A DNA stretch of 63,860 bases, from the NCBI RefSeq assembly GCF_016433145.1, contig NC_058133.1:207999725-208063584 (forward strand). Direction: 5' to 3'. Below are positions 63,701-63,860 of this stretch, piece after piece. This DNA comes from Gracilinanus agilis. Taxonomy: Eukaryota. A program made the position numbers and the translations under genes. The stretch's first letter is position 1, and each line of letters begins with the position of its first letter. Below the pieces are notes generated by a model. It worked only from the letters and a program-made list of their open reading frames with translations. It was not told where the DNA came from and did no database searches.

Positions 63701-63860
63701 ATCTCAAATAAAATACTTGATTTTGCCCCATTCCCCAACCACATGAAAATGCTGTTATTGCTATGAAAAGAAAAACTATGCTGTCATTTTGTTTCACTAT
63801 AATTGATTCCTTGTGATTCTTTGTAGGGGGTATTGTTCCCGTAGACAAAGACGTCTCCGA
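49746..63860 (+). CDS. SRP68: Signal recognition particle 68-kDa subunit, 5' part (continues beyond the window)
   Basis: Exon 1 49746-49914 (MAAEKQVPG12SG5[11 protein letters not shown]...DSLGLE), exon 2 60249-60315 ([23 protein letters not shown]), exon 3 from 63827 ([11 protein letters not shown]...). Phases are consistent and the peptide matches mammalian SRP68. Confidence 0.97.
49981..50330. other. Assembly gap (350 N)
   Basis: Run of N between the GC-rich island and a C-homopolymer. Confidence 1.
51420..53560 (-). mobile_element. Long L2 LINE relic
   Basis: L2 3'-end signature (AATAAATGCTTGTTGA-like, reversed) and decayed ORF2 peptides at 52877-53556. Confidence 0.75.
55035..57745. mobile_element. 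L2 relics (both orientations) with inserted MITE and RTE-type fragment
   Basis: Purine-rich then pyrimidine-rich L2 ORF2 sequence; RTE-like 3' piece at about 57310-57625. Confidence 0.6.
55608..55789. mobile_element. hAT MITE related to 24207-24489
   Basis: Ends CTGTGGTGGTGAACTTATGGCA / AGGTTCTCAATCACTG; perfect TSD GTTTAGGG. Confidence 0.8.
57750..58435 (-). mobile_element. Solo LTR of the same family, antisense in SRP68 intron 1
   Basis: Reverse complement begins TGTGAAGATGGGATT, like the copy at 45973; TSD GTTT (57746-57749, 58436-58439). Confidence 0.8.
58440..59030 (-). mobile_element. L1 ORF2 endonuclease fragment
   Basis: [13 protein letters not shown]...MYAPN...[14 protein letters not shown]-type endonuclease motifs. 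Confidence 0.9.
59368..59714 (+). mobile_element. Possible LTR fragment
   Basis: Ends AATCCACA after AATAAA; internal 26-nt direct repeat (59542-59567, 59590-59615); 5' boundary uncertain. Confidence 0.35.
60405..61780. mobile_element. L1 3' fragments (+ then -) with an intervening SINE
   Basis: Marsupial L1 3'UTR sequence with an A tail at about 60680; inverted L1 3' sequence at about 60990-61780. Confidence 0.7.

Overview
Vertebrate genomic DNA from a didelphid marsupial, most likely the opossum Monodelphis, judged from abundant SINE1_Mdo-type SINEs plus RTE, L2 and MIR relics. The window is syntenic with human 17q25.1. Gene order: EXOC7 (+, complete CDS 956-20777; 18 constitutive and 3 cassette exons, plus a candidate 12/15-nt microexon), ZACN (-, intact 9-exon zinc-activated Cys-loop channel, 22247-28261), a GALR2 orthologue that is a multiply disabled pseudogene (-, about 29600-31743), an ~18-kb TE-filled intergenic region, and the 5' part of SRP68 (+, exons 1-2 and the start of exon 3). 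SRP68 intron 1 is a 10.3-kb U12-type (minor spliceosome) intron. There is a 350-N assembly gap at 49981-50330. I found no tRNA, rRNA or CRISPR features. The strongest observations are the GALR2 loss beside an intact ZACN, the EXOC7 microexon and splicing-control features, the U12 intron, and five hAT MITEs. I could not support a wholly new biological system. All comparisons with human or mouse proteins are from memory, not from a search.
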